The notes under the pieces: generated by a model
Databases searched by the model: none
What the model saw: the letters and a program-made list of their open reading frames with translations, nothing else
Told to the model about the DNA's origin: nothing
Program-made: the position numbers and the translations under genes
DNA from: Nitrospirales bacterium
GTDB taxonomy: Bacteria; Nitrospirota; Nitrospiria; Nitrospirales; UBA8639
Length of the DNA: 64,000 nucleotides
Direction: 5' to 3'
NCBI GenBank assembly: GCA_965203295.1
Contig: CBDBCZ010000018.1
Span: forward strand, 1,248,001 to 1,312,000
Shown here: positions 1 to 13,400 of the stretch, piece by piece
Layout: each line of letters begins with the position of its first letter
Position numbering within the stretch: position 1 is the stretch's first letter

Positions 1-734
1 TGTGCAAGGTAGCGACTTCCTTATGACAATAAATGTTGAGGAATAGTTATAAATTTAAAGCTTGGGTGGGTGGAGTTTGAAGTCTGAGGTGAAGTCGAGG
101 AGTTTAACCACTCACCCAAACTGTCCTTTATTAACTGATTTAATTAATATATATTTGTTTACATACAGCAATGATCCCTGTATGCATGTGGCCTCCTTTG
201 AGTGCTATATATAAGCATGGAAAAAGTGTTTGCCATGGTAAAGTTTATTATGTTAATGACCTGTATGCCAATGAATCTTGCTGAATCAGGTCAAATTAAC
301 AAGTCACAGGTCTAAATTAGCTATAACTTCGCTCCTCCCCAGTGTGGTAGTGTTCTGGTATGGCTTAGCTATCCTAGACTGTGAGTAAACCATGTGCACA
401 CATAAGGCTACAAGGACTTCAGATTCCATAGATTTCCACATCAAAAGGAGAATTATGGGCAGATCAAATGAAATGTATGCCATTGTGGTTTTGGAATCAG
501 ACTAATTTGTATATAATTATAGTAAAGGAAGACAAAACTGTGAGAGTTTAATACAACAAAATAATTAATAAGCTATTACAGTAAATTGGGTGTCTTGATG
601 ATTAATTGGTGTATAATATTATAATATCTTATTATGATAATTGGAAATCAAAATAACATAATTACAAAACCTTGTCTAATTGCACTTTAATAAATGCACA
701 GCCTGATTCGTACTTTGTCAAAATGTTTGAAACC

Positions 735-2000
735 CTACTCTCCCGGGTTTGCGACAGTGATCCCCATTATGAAGGGGTAAGTGGCTGAGGATTCAACATG
801 AAATTTCTGACTGTCGGACTTCTTCTGAAATTCCTTCTGAGCAAAGCTGCCACTGCCACCAAATCGAAACGGGCCAATGCGTATACCCCCGGCAGTGTCA
901 AAGTGGTCCTTGTGTTTACGGTAGGTAGTATCGCTCATCTTTATATCAATACTAGGCTGATACCCTCCGACAAGACCAGTTAACACCAGAGGAAACACTC
1001 CATCTTTACCAAAAACAGGTTTCTTTCCACCACCGCCTTTCGTAGAGAAGGGTGGGTTCCAATCATCTTCAATAGCTAATACGCTCAGTAGGCCAGAGTT
1101 GTACCAGGATGGGTTAGGTCCAACGTTAAACGTACTGTATGCCTTCAGAGTGATGTCAACTTCCACGTTCTTATCTGTTTCTAGATCGAACTTCTGCCAA
1201 CCCTCGCTACTGAAAAGGGAAAAATACCCCATTTCCGTTCCCGTACTCCCACCAGCCCAAGATTTCTCAAGGGAACTCGACGATGCGGAAGCAGACACGT
1301 GGATCTTTAGGCTGTTTCCACCCTCGTAACCAATTCGATCCGCCCACTCTTTAGGATCAGGAAAGATGTAGTCAGGACGTACTTCGGTCAAGGACCCTAC
1401 CTTAGTTTCTACAAAGCCGGACTTGTGGTCTGAGGGGTTACTCGGTGGAGTAGCAGCATCGATAGCCATTTGGAGCCCTGCATTCTTTTGGCCAATAATC
1501 AGACCAAGTGCTTCCAAGGCTTTATTGTACTCGAGTCTGTCCTTATCGAGTGTAGTCTTCCAGTGCTCAGCAATCCAGCTGTCGTAAATCTGCGGCGTTT
1601 CACTTGCTGGTACCCCTTTTCTGTAGCTGGAATAGGCTTCATTGGCCTTACCCAGGTCCTGATCGAGTTGCTCCCGTGCACGGGTCACTTGGTCCTGGGC
1701 TTGCTTTACTTGCTCTTCGTTTATGCCTTTTCCAAGCGCATTCCACAAACTCAGAACTTGGAGGTAGGTTTGGTGCATGTCACTCCCACCCGGTACGTAC
1801 TCGCCTACGGCGCTCCATATCGGCACCTGCCCGACGAATCGGTAGGCTTGGGGATCAATGTACCCGTAGGAAGATGTAGGCCACGTCCAGTCCTCCATCG
1901 GATTGACTAGCTGGAAGTGCTGATTATAGAAGCCACCACTCACTGCACGGAGTATTTGCTCGTACGTCTGACCGTAGAGGTTGCTGTTTTGATCCGACAT
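735..2000 (-). CDS. Uncharacterised ~420-aa family, paralog 1 (subtype A); putative beta-pore-forming-like protein
   Basis: Intact single-exon 421-aa ORF. Aligns end to end with the ORFs at 22965, 52414 and 58260 (shared LYGQxYEQI, FQLVNPxEDWT, YRFVGQxP, SWAGGSxG, PVFGKxGVxPL, GxRIGPF, FHVESxATYP). No signal peptide. Function is inferred only. Confidence 0.9.
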   Translation of the reverse strand: MSDQNSNLYGQTYEQILRAVSGGFYNQHFQLVNPMEDWTWPTSSYGYIDPQAYRFVGQVPIWSAVGEYVPGGSDMHQTYLQVLSLWNALGKGINEEQVKQAQDQVTRAREQLDQDLGKANEAYSSYRKGVPASETPQIYDSWIAEHWKTTLDKDRLEYNKALEALGLIIGQKNAGLQMAIDAATPPSNPSDHKSGFVETKVGSLTEVRPDYIFPDPKEWADRIGYEGGNSLKIHVSASASSSSLEKSWAGGSTGTEMGYFSLFSSEGWQKFDLETDKNVEVDITLKAYSTFNVGPNPSWYNSGLLSVLAIEDDWNPPFSTKGGGGKKPVFGKDGVFPLVLTGLVGGYQPSIDIKMSDTTYRKHKDHFDTAGGIRIGPFRFGGSGSFAQKEFQKKSDSQKFHVESSATYPFIMGITVANPGE

Positions 2001-4772
2001 CGCGAGCAGTCGTTAAAACCCGGTCTTCAGAACACACGCTATGCCTGAACTCTGACATCAAATTATGTTTAGCCGCACCCATCGCGAATCAAATAGTTTG
2101 TTGGTGACGTCAGGACCGTAAAACCCTGCGACTCTTTCCGTACACTACGTTATTTATGGGCGAAGCACTTCTGTGCAGCAAGAGTTGTGGTTTCGTAATT
2201 GTCTTGCACATATCATTGAATTTTCAACCCAAATACTTTATTATTTTAATAGCTGCAATCATGTAAGCTCATAGTCATACATCCCTGTAGATGATAGTTT
2301 GCATAATCCCCCTATTGGAAAGATATTAAGTTACCTCCTCCAGGACAGATTATCAATGGCAGATTTATCCCCTAAGACAATTAACTCAATAATTGGCCAC
2401 TATAACAGCTAGGCTATATAACCTCGTTTGGATACATTAATTACTCCATGCACTGCATGTATGCATGGATTTGCTAACTTAAATGTTCCTCTGCAGGGGG
2501 TGCATGTACATTGAAATAGCCCTACATGTACTATAGGCATGCTAACATAATCTCTGTAATGGTTTATGCCAATAACAGCTTTAGCTACCATATGACTTCA
2601 TGCCATTGCAGCATATATAGCTACAAGTCATGATCATTGCCGGTGAATAATACGTGCATGCACGCAATAGTAGCTACTTATAAGAACTAGCTGACTGACT
2701 ATCAAAATATAGAAACAGCATACTAGCTACATAGTGACATTCTAATCGATTCTAGGCTTCAGGCTACTGCAGTCTGAGGACAGCACTGAGTCAATGCAAA
2801 CCTCAACATTATTCAATTACGTATACCATCCCAACGTTGAGCCCTGTCAACACCGGAAAAACACTGTTGTTGCCTTTTTCAGAGTGAATGACTCGCCAGA
2901 CGCAAAAACTGTCGTCCCAACGATCTCTGTCAAGTTTGTGCAATCGCTTTGTCTCCCCACAGGGCAGTGTGCAGTTGTCTCAGTGCAGGTTGAAGAAGCA
3001 TTGCAAGAGATGGAGTGCCTCTGCTACTGGAACCGGCTCATTGCCTTTGAGCAATAGTTTAGACTAGAACTGTCAGACACCCCTCTGCAGTCGTCTGCTG
3101 ATGGTCTAACCTATGAGGTTGTTGCCAACACATCAGGTTTCCACCCAGCAAGTGTCTCCAGGGGTTGTGATGGGCCTAGCGGACGAAATGATTATGCTCA
3201 ATTAGTACCATTTTGACACTGGAGATGGTCCTATGCAGGGACTGCCATCTTGTGAGATTGTACAGATCGACACCAGTCAGGACTCGGCAGCTAGGAAGCA
3301 GAAACTGCTAGAGACGGTGAAGAAACCAGAGCTGCTAGACAAGGAGCAAGTAGCTTTGCCTCAAAGGGTTCCTCTCCGAGGGCCTTCAGGCTGGATCCCA
3401 AAGAACATGGTGATCGAAACGGACCTGGTACAAATGGAGATTAACACTGGTAATACGTAACCAGAGGGACAGCCAGTGTGACGGATGCCCTTTTGCTGTT
3501 TGGCAGGAGGTCGCCAAGCAGCTGGAGAGCATGCAAAGGCCCGGAGTCATCAGCCCCTCTAGTAATCTATGGGCTAACCCAGTATATAGTCATGGTGCGT
3601 AAGAAAAATGGCACCCACCAGTTTGCATTGACTACAGGCGTCTCAATGCTGTTGCCAAGCCGGATCTCTAATCGTTGCCCAGGTTCAGTGCCTTGCTAGT
3701 TCAGTTAGGCAAGTCATAATTTGGCTGCCGAATATTAGCAGATCCATGTCCATTTCAATTCTATCTAAAAGACAGTCTTCCTTACGTTGCAAGGGCTTAT
3801 TAGTTCCAGGTAATATGCCCTTTGGTCTTATGAGCACACCATCCATGTTCCAAAGGCTAATATGCAGCAAGTGCTACATACTGGGTCTCAATCTAGCTGA
3901 GCGGCCAGATTTTGTCTTCATGCATCTACATTGAGGACGTCTTGGTTTTCTCTCATACTCTCACAGAGCACCTGTAGCATCTCAAGCTGGGCATCGAGCA
4001 TCTCCAGGAGGCAAGGTTGAAGTTGAAGCTGGCCAAGTGTCACTTCGTACACAAGGAAGTTGAGTACCTTGAGAGATTGAAGCCGACTTCAAAACTGGTC
4101 ACCCAAAATGTCCATGAGGTGCACCGGGTTCTGAGGTCAAGCTTATACTATCAATGCTTAACACCTCTTCACCAAGATTGTCAGACTACTCCATGAACTC
4201 ACTCGCAAGGGAGCTGAGTTTGTCTGGACTCCAGAATACATGTCACACTGCATCCAAGAACTTAAAAAGGAAACTGGTTCAGATACCAGTGTCATCATGC
4301 CCCTCCTTCAATAATGCCTTCACACTCGAGACTGATGCTAGCATAGAGAAAATCGGTGTGGTCACTATGCCAGGATCCTATCTGAATATATCTGGAAAGT
4401 ATTATGAAAATATACTGGCAGAAAGAGGATTACCGAAAAACCTCTGGAAAGTTTCCAGAAATGTTTAGAACTTTTATCTGATTTTCTCCTGAAGGTTTTG
4501 CTAACATCTGAACATCAACTGTATATTTTATTTGAAAAAGTTGTTAGGTTCTGAAAGAAACTTCAGTATCTGAGTTCCATCTGAATAAAAACATCTTGTA
4601 AAAAAAAACATCTGAAATTTAATCCAGTATTGGAAAATAATATAAATCTCAAAGTATAAGTATTCACTGTCTGAAAATCATACCTTCTGAAACAACTGGT
4701 TATTCAGATTCTGAAAATAAAAACATCTGATTATACCCTAACTTTGGAATACAGGATAAGAAAGGCAAATCA

Positions 4773-6603
4773 ATGGTTAATAAAGACCTAGGTCACATGG
4801 CAGAAGTGTGTTCAGTTACTGTCACATGTACAGCAAAAGCTACTGTCGAGGTAATCTCTTCTTATTTACATTGTATTGTGTGAATTTGTTCACCAGTACC
4901 TAGGACTGAACGTACTAGTGTCATGCTGGCACAATTAGTGCCATAGTAAGAGTATCCTGTCTGTACAGGCCTAGGACTGATAGCTACGTAGGTTGTACGA
5001 AGAGGTGGAGGTGGTTCTGTTCAGTGCCGGCGCCTTGGCATCAAAACTCTGACGTAGCGTATACAAATTATTATACAATGTGGGCATGCGCATGATGAAT
5101 TATCAGACATTGTATAATTTGTTGTAGATCACTACACAACCTGACAATGGAGACCATCACTGCAGCGGTAGCTACAGATGAAGTCACAAACAAAAAGACT
5201 CCTGATGAAGTTAAGGGTCCACCTTCAGCTGCAGACGTAAGGCAGGCTGACACTTCCATTAAGGGTCCACCTTCAGCTGCAGACGTAAGGCAGGCTGACA
5301 CTTCCATTAAGGGTTCACCTTCAGCTGCAGACGTAAGGCAGGCTGACACTTCCATTAAGGGTCCACCTTCAGCTGCAGACGTAAGGCAGGCTGACACTTC
5401 CATTAAGGGTTCACCTTCAGCTGCAGACGTAAGGCAGGCTGACACTTCCATTAAGGGTCCACCTTCAGCTGCAGACGTAAGGCAGGCTGACACTTCCATT
5501 AAGGGTTCACCTTCAGCTGCAGACGTAAGGCAGGCTGACACTTCCATTAAGGGTCCACCTTCAGCTGCAGACGTAAGGCAGGCTGACACTTCCATTAAGG
5601 GTCCACCTTCAGCTGCAGACGTAAGGCAGGCTGACACTTCCATTAAGGGTTCACCTTCAGCTGCAGACGTAAGGCAGGCTGACACTTCCATTAAGGGTCC
5701 ACCTTCAGCTGCAGACGTAAGGCAGGCTGACACTTCCATTAAGGGTCCACCTTCAGCTGCAGACGTAAGGCAGGCTGACACTTCATTAAGGGTCCACCTT
5801 CAGCTGCAGACGTAAGGCAGGCTGACACTTCCATTAAGGGTCCACCTTCAGCTGCAGACGTAAGGCAGGCTGACACTTCCATTAAGGGTCCACCTTCAGC
5901 TGCAGACGTAAGGCAGGCTGACACTTCCATTAAGGGTCCACCTTCAGCTGCAGACGTAAGGCAGGCTGACACTTCCATTAAGGGTCCACCTTCAGCTGCA
6001 GACGTAAGGCAGGCTGACACTTCCATTAAGGGTCCACCTTCAGCTGCAGACGTAAGGCAGGCTGACACTTCCATTAAGGGTCCACCTTCAGCTGCAGACG
6101 TAAGGCAGGCTGACACTTCCATTAAGGGTCCACCTTCAGCTGCAGACGTAAGGCAGGCTGACACTTCCATTAAGGGTCCACCTTCAGCTGCAGACGTAAG
6201 GCAGGCTGACACTTCCATTAAGGGTCCACCTTCAGCTGCAGACGCTGCAAGGCAGGCTGACACTTCCATTAAGGGTCCACCTTCAGCTGCAGACGTAAGG
6301 CAGGCTGACACTTCCATTAAGGGTCCACCTTCAGCTACAAATCAGGCGGATACCACTGACGAACACCAGGAAAGTAGCGAATCTGATGATGCAAGTGACA
6401 TTAGCCTGGGATCCTGGGAGTATATCCAGGATCCAGCGTACACAGTTGAAGAAGTGCCCTTCAGTGCTAGCCAACCATGTGGAAACGTGAGGGGTGTTTC
6501 CTACACACCGCCAGGCTGGATAAGGAAGTACAGAAAGCGGGTGCATACTGATGAACCTGAGCCTCCAGCAGCTAAGAAGATAAACCTTAACTTGGACAAG
6601 TAA
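4773..6603 (+). CDS. CACTA-borne tandem-repeat protein (KGPPSAADVRQADTSI x ~23) with C-terminal NLS-like motif; one apparent frameshift
   Basis: Possible exons 4773-4850, 4992-5053 and 5128-6603 splice in frame (second donor is weak). A 1-bp deletion at ~5784 in the array shifts the frame. The shifted frame stays open to TAA at 6601-6603 and ends RKYRKRVHTDEPEPPAAKKINLNLDK. Confidence 0.55.
5211..6336. repeat. 48-bp minisatellite, ~23.4 near-identical copies
   Basis: Unit AAGGGTCCACCTTCAGCTGCAGACGTAAGGCAGGCTGACACTTCCATT. Variants: a C/T substitution in several early units, a 1-bp deletion at ~5784 and a 3-bp insertion near 6245. Confidence 0.97.
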
Positions 6604-6746
6604 CACTGTAGTGGTTTTGAGTTACATTTGGTATGATATAAGTACCCAGTAGCTAAGATGAACGTCTGATTCAACTTTGAGAAGTAAATTTGAAATTGCA
6701 AATAGTGCAAGTTGTATTAATTTTTGCTACAGAATGCAACAAACAG

Positions 6747-9700
6747 TTACAAAATAATGTTAAGAATCCAAAGTTTTCCGGGTTCTTCCTCATCAAATGC
6801 AGTTACTAGGGGTTTTGACAATGAAGTGACAGGTATCACAAACTGGGACTGCACTGTGGTGTCTACAAACCATAACTTGCTATCCTCCTCAACAAAAGGT
6901 CCTTCAAACCATGATACATATACAAAGGTTGAGGTATGTGAGGAATAAGCATGGTCAAATAATGATATAATACGTCCCACTCTGATTCCATTGGTGCCTG
7001 ATGTGGAGACATACGAGCATCTGGTGAAAGAGTGTTCGTTTTCGATTTCAGCAGTATTCAGTCTAATTGTACGTTTATGAAGGTCCATGTATGTGAGCTG
7101 TTTCCTTGCTATTGCCATACGAGAGACATGAGGTGCTTCACACTCTTGATTTTCTTCAGTCCGACTGTTTGCACAATATATTTTTTCAAGCTGGTCGACT
7201 TGCTCATCTGCAAGTTCATAGAACCCATCAGAGAAACTATCTTCTGGACTGACATCTAGATTATCCAAAACACTGGTATTTGTTGTTGTGGCTCCATCAG
7301 GAAGTTGACCACTCAACTCCATAAAATTAGCCCATTCACTGAGACGATATGTTTCGACTACAGTTGCTTCAGGATACCTTCTGCTTGTCACTCTTCTAGT
7401 AATCCAGGAATTGAAGCGTTCGTATGGATACATCCAGAATCCGTAAACCGGGCCGAAACGCCGTAAAAACATTGGAAGGTGGTGAAGAAGGTGAAAAACT
7501 ATCACTTGCATCGACAATGGAAAGTCTTTCTCGATGAGCACCAGTGCCTTGTGTACTCTTGACTCCAAATCAGCGACACGCATGCTGTCAATCTCTTCTG
7601 CGCACAAATCTGTAATCACTTCCAACAGTTCAAACAATGTCAGACGTTGGTTGTGGGCCAGCATGTTTCGAAGACAAAACTTTAAAATACCATTTGTGGC
7701 CACCTGCTTCCACTCGTGAGATTTCATCCCACTACTTTTTCCGAATATAGGTCGAGGTCGCCAGTCAAACTCAGTGGGCACACATATACTCTTGGCACGC
7801 TCGTCTGCAAGGGCGATCTCATCTTTACTCAGAGTGAACGGTGCCTTTGGAAGGGTGCCCTGTTTGTCTTTTATCCAAGCTGAAGGAAACCTCTTGCACG
7901 CTTCTTCTTGTTTGCGCACTTTGATTGAATCTTCTCGGCCAACTATGAGATTCACAACATGTTCCACTATGTCCTTCACGAGATGCATTGGGTCGACTGG
8001 AGTAGCTAAGATACGATCATGTGAAGAAGCACGCCATAGAGAGTAAGCGCCTTTGCATCCTTTCTTTTGGACAAGACTCGTTCTCACAGCTGCAACAGTT
8101 GCTGCATCGTACTCCTTGTTGGCTTGGTCCACAAACTTCATTGTCTTAATTTCCGGCGGTTCGTCAGTATCAGCTGCTTGGCTCGGATAGCTACGGCAGT
8201 TTGTTCGTTCCCCGTCATTCTTTGGCAAAAATCTTCTGTTTCCTGGGTACACGATTTTCTGGAGAATCTTGGAGTATTGTCCCAAATGTGTACAGTAAGC
8301 ACACCCTGCATAGGCTCCAGCACCTGCAGCAAAAGTAGAATATATGCATTATAGAGAGTCCTTTATGCGGAGTAAGACACTTAGGAGAAGGACCTATATA
8401 GGGCATTGTGATAGCATTGTTCATTGCGCTGCATGCATGCTCAGTACATCTGCATGCCACAGTACATCTGCATGCCACGTGTGGTTCTGTGTATAAATAG
8501 GCTATGACATATTGTCCTTTGTTCTTTTGTTCAAGGATTTATTGAGATACATCAATTGCAAAGCTATAGCGCTCTGGCCTGGTCCTAGCATGCACTACAC
8601 TTAATAGGACCAATAGTCCCTGCAAGTTTTACAAAAAAATTTCCCTAGCCAGAGGGCATACATGCACCATGCAAGGAAATGAAACTGTACACAAACATAT
8701 TTACCTTGACAGTGAAACAACTTGTTGTGTCCAGGATAGTCAAGGACATGCAGAAAGAGCTCGGCTTTCATTTCAAAAGTCGTTTCACGGTAACCATCAT
8801 ACGCTTGTAAGCCATTGATCTGTTCAAGTTCATCTACCAACACATCCATGTAGGGGTCCATGTTTTTTGGTTCTGCCCTTCCGGGAATAATGCCTGCTAA
8901 GAGGATACAACCGGCACGATTACGCAAATGACGTGGTAGGTTAAGGATTGTCAAGGTTATCGGCCACATGGAATATGTTACACTTTGATTCGAAAACGGG
9001 TTCATTCCATCTGTGCACAAGGCTAATGACACTCCACGGGGGTCCCCTTGAAATGGCCCTTTCTTATCATATTTGGAGATCCAAGTTGGTGAATGATGTA
9101 GATCTTTCATTATAGTGTCGGTGTTTTGATGCGTTTCATTCACACCCATGTGGCTTTGAAGAAACTGTGACATTTTCCCATTCTCGAACATTCTACGTAA
9201 GCGTGATTGAATTGGAACATATTTGAACCTCTTGCGTGCAGTTTTGGAGTAAGGTTCATACCTTCCTTCACCACATTTTGGACACACTGTCATACTGGAA
9301 TACTTTCCAGAGGCAGAGTCTCGAAACAACACACAGTCAATAACACAGCAATCGAACTGCTGGATTGGAACGATACGTTTGTTGATGATGTTATGTGCCT
9401 TGTAGTAGGACGATGGAAGGTTGTTACCAGGAGGGAGTAGAAATGTGTGCAACAGGTAGAAGAGTCGGTTGAAGGCCTCTTTACTGAGACCAGGGAAAGA
9501 GGAAAACCATGCAAAAAGCATGGCCAGTGCTTGAATGAGTGTAACATTTGATGATGGATAAAGCTTCTCACCACTGCCAGTGGCTTCTTCAGGGTTGCTA
9601 GTGTAGCCACAATGAGGGTCAAACTCAAACGGTTCTTCTAAGTTAACACTTCCAATAATGGAGTCGTCACAAGAAGAAGGCATTTCGGGACTACAGGTAG

Positions 9701-10168
9701 CTAGAGACTCTTTGTCTTCTTCAGATGCAGAAGGGGACGCACTAGCACTACCAGAATCAGACAGGAAGGGGGGCTGTAAAGACAGGTCTTTCTGATAGAA
9801 AGGGTCCACTATTTCCACGCTAACCTACATGTGTAAATACAATGAATCATAAGGTTGACATACACAGCACTCACCATATGATGATACGCATAGACTACAT
9901 AATTTCCTGTCTTGTAGTTGTTCATATTAATGTTATACTGGAATATGTAGCTACTGACTTAAAACAGTTTATTCTGGCATACCTGTTTACATAGACGCTT
10001 GGAAGGAGGCAGCTCCTTGCACAGGTCTTCAGTAAATGCATCACTCAAAATCACCTCATCCTCCACCAAGAGCTCAGGGTTGAATGGTTCATGCACCTGC
10101 TCCTCAACCAAATTTATGTCCACGGCAGACAGGTCGTCCTTGGGAGAGTCAGAAACTGAACGGCTCAT
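6747..10168 (-). CDS. CACTA Tnp2/TnpD-type transposase, 3 exons, 960 aa
   Basis: Exons 10168-9983, 9824-8705 and 8323-6747 with GT-AG introns give 2883 nt in one frame. Motifs: DCCVIDC...CPKCGEGRY, LALCTDGMNPF, YSMWP...NLP, LAGIIPG..EP, DYPG, HCQG^AGAYAGCAYC across the splice, DPMH, HLLHHLP...GPVYGFWMYPYER. Confidence 0.92.
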
Positions 10169-10426
10169 TGTTGTAGTATTTAAACTTCATTCGACTTCAA
10201 AATGTGTTATTCTAAATAAAGCCTTCGCACGCAATCTAACTAGGCCTAGTCACGTGACAATGTGAATTTAAAAATGGCAAAAAGAGAAGACTTCGGAAGC
10301 GCTACGCCGCTAACTGCAGCTGCTGCAGCTGCTAATTGTAAGTTCACACCTAGCTAGGCCTTATTATAAAGTGCTATATGCATAGCGTACAGACTAGCCC
10401 TAGCCTTTAGCTCTCTAGATCTGAGA

Positions 10427-13400
10427 ATGTCTGAGTCTTCTACACCTAACGACGACTTCGCTTTATTTGCAGAGTTTCTGAAGTGGAAACACGAAGTACA
10501 GACGAAAGCGAAAAGCTCAAGTGCCGTCGACGAAGCTGCAACAGCTACCGTGGTTTTACCTGGCCCGGAATCAGAGATAGAGCTCACAAAGACGCCTCCA
10601 ACAGCTGCAGCTCCAAGCACTACCAGCAATCTGGGTCCTGAAATCCCCAGTTCCGATCCAGGAAGTCCCGTTGGAGGCATAACACCTACAAGTGATACAG
10701 AGGCTGTCGGCCTAGGTAGTTGCGCAAAGAAAAATTTCACAGCAAACGACTACCTCTCCAGGGACAAGAAGTTCACTGAAGCAAAGAAGGCATTCCGTGT
10801 AAGTGTTTTGTAGTTGCTTGACTGCATAAATTTGTGGCCTTGTGTAAGAAGTTTCGTAACGGATTGAGTAATTCTGTAACGATTGTCCCAGACCTGATAG
10901 CATCCTAGCCGAGACCAGTGATGTACCCAATGTGTGAAAAAGTGCAGTAGATTGTCAAGATATATCTTGACAATCTACTGCTTGGTCATGCACTCTTATA
11001 TAAGAGTGCATGACCAAGCATTGTCGCTAATTGGAGTTGGACTGCAATGGGTACGAGAATGGTCCTTCCTCTCTTACATAAGCTTCAACAAAACTCCAGT
11101 CACTCTTTCGCAAATTCTTGGCCATACTTTGACCTTTTGTCATCAAACATCTCCCTCCCATAAAATTTTTCGGTTGTTTTTGTGAGTGCATTTCGGGGAG
11201 CCTGGATACCAGCTACAAGCCAGGCAGATTCTGCCATATGCTTGCCAGACTAGACGATCCTTTATTACTGGTTTACATGCACATCATGCAGCATATCCTG
11301 AAGAAAGCAGCCCAGGAAGCACGTTGCTGGGGAACTGAAACCCTCAAACAACTTACGCCAGCTCAACGAAAACACATTCACGACAGGGTTAGGATTGTAT
11401 TGCTGTACTTTTGTTGTACCCCTTTTACAGTGTAGTCTTGCTGCAGGTTGTTGGTGAGTGTCCAGCGCTAAAGCAACATGCCCGGGATATTGACGTTGTT
11501 CTTGCTAAGTCCCTCTCTGAAGCGAAGCACTACGTTTCAAAGGTGTGTTAAACATGTAGGTGCATTTTTCTGGTTGCTGTCATGCACATGTATGTTTTTG
11601 ATACAACTATTTTAGAAAGGAGGAAAGGTGAAGACAGATCCTAAGGTATGAATTCTTCCAGCTGAGGCAGTTGCCAAGTATGATATGGAACCATCTTTGC
11701 GTCACTTACAGACCAAAAGCAAGAAGGCTGGGAGAACTAGTGCTAAATCAGTAAGTAAAGTGATGAATGCTGATTAGTAATATAGGCCTCAATGCTCGAA
11801 GATACTAGTCAAATTGCCTAAGCAACTCCCTGTCTACACGTAATAGGTCACCCACCCTAGGCCATTTGCTAGGCTAAGCGCTGTTGCAGTAGTGTGTTGA
11901 TTTAGGAACAAATAAAAGTGGTGCATGAGGCTAAGGTTTATAAAGATTGCTATCTCTATACAGGAGAAAGGAAAGATTGCTGTAAGTTCGAGAGTTCTTT
12001 CAGTAAGCAAATGCTAAGCACTGTTTTTGATTAAGCATTCTTGAGACAATTTCTATTTTCTGATACAGACCAAGGCCAAGAGGACTGATGGCAGATCGGG
12101 TGCTTCCACCACTCAATCAGTATGCAAACATTTTTATCTAGAGTCATTCTCTTGGTATTTGAAATTTACTCATGCACTTGATTTCACTGGTGCCATCAAT
12201 TTCCTCACTGTAAAACTTTCTACTTTTTCCTTTAGACAAAAGATGCTGAGATTCCAGGACCTAGTGGTACCAATTTGGTAAGCAAGGGTTTTGAACTGCT
12301 GCGTATAGTTAAATCCGTGTGTGTACATCTGTCTTCCATGTTTCAGTCGGAATACGAGAGAAGTGTAGTACCAAGGCGCACCCTCAATAAGGCACTCACA
12401 GAGGCAGTGAAGGTGCGTTTGTTGATCAGGTGATTTATGCATAATTAGGAATGGAGTGAAGATGTGGACTATTGTGTTAATATACCACATGACTTGGATA
12501 GGCTATATTCCTAGACTGGTCAGTAGTTGGTGGCTGAGACTGTTAATGTGTTAGCCAGACAGCAGAGGCAGTGAAGGTAAATCTAATCAGGTATGAGAGT
12601 GAAGATTGAACTAATATGTGTTAATACAGTGCTAAATTCCTAGACTAGTCAGTAGTTACATGTTCATGTGTTAGCCATATGTTGTTATCTTGTAGTTCTA
12701 TGGCTTTGGTGGAATGTAGTTTGGCATAAGTATTTTGGTATCACATTTTCAGTGATTCATCAAGTCATTCAATGGTATGCAATCCAGTCATTTAGAGCCA
12801 CTAGCCCAATCTTGTCTACAGAGCCATTGTGTTACATACATGAAAATATGTATGAAGTATGCCTTGTAAGTTATTTCCCTCTCTCGACTTTGCAGAATCC
12901 CAGAAGTGCTAGTACTGCATCTGATTCTCAGAAGCTTCTACCAGGGTGAGTGAGTGGGAGAGTAAATATTGAAAGTGCCTGATAAAGGGTGCCTGTGTGG
13001 ACTCTATGGAGATATAAAGGCCAATGATATTATGATTTCATAGCATACTTCAACAGGTCTAGTTAGGGCTTCAAAATCATTCAGTATTCCAGTCTAACTC
13101 CTTAAACTATAGTCAGTCAGCTTGACTGCATTGTCCTTGTTTATCCCCTGTACTTATGTAGGAAAGAGGTCCTGATTGAGTACAAAGGACAACAGCTCGC
13201 TACTGCTGTCTTCATTAGATATGTCGATGGTAAGGTTATATCTCTTAGGCATGGATAGGTTTTGTGAGAATGCTCTGTTGCTTCTTATGCTCGTACCTTG
13301 TTTGGGGAATTAATATCAAGGCACCTCTTTCTTTGGTTGCAGAAATGTACTGTCAAGTCGGGTTCAGTCAGTCTTTGGCTAACAGTGAAGAAGACATCAG

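Noticed and set aside
735..2000. Bacterial contaminant or operon explanation for the intronless genes
   Set aside because: The genes are kilobases apart, separated by animal transposons and spliced genes. Several have TATA boxes and one family member has a spliceosomal intron.
5071..6317. Minus-strand ORFs of MEVSACLTSAAEGGPL repeats
   Set aside because: Antisense shadows of the stop-free 48-bp unit. Only the plus frame has plausible splice-linked unique flanks.
5211..6336. Regular repeat array considered as a possible CRISPR array
   Set aside because: Units are head-to-tail with no unique spacers, there are no cas genes, and the context is eukaryotic. It is a minisatellite.
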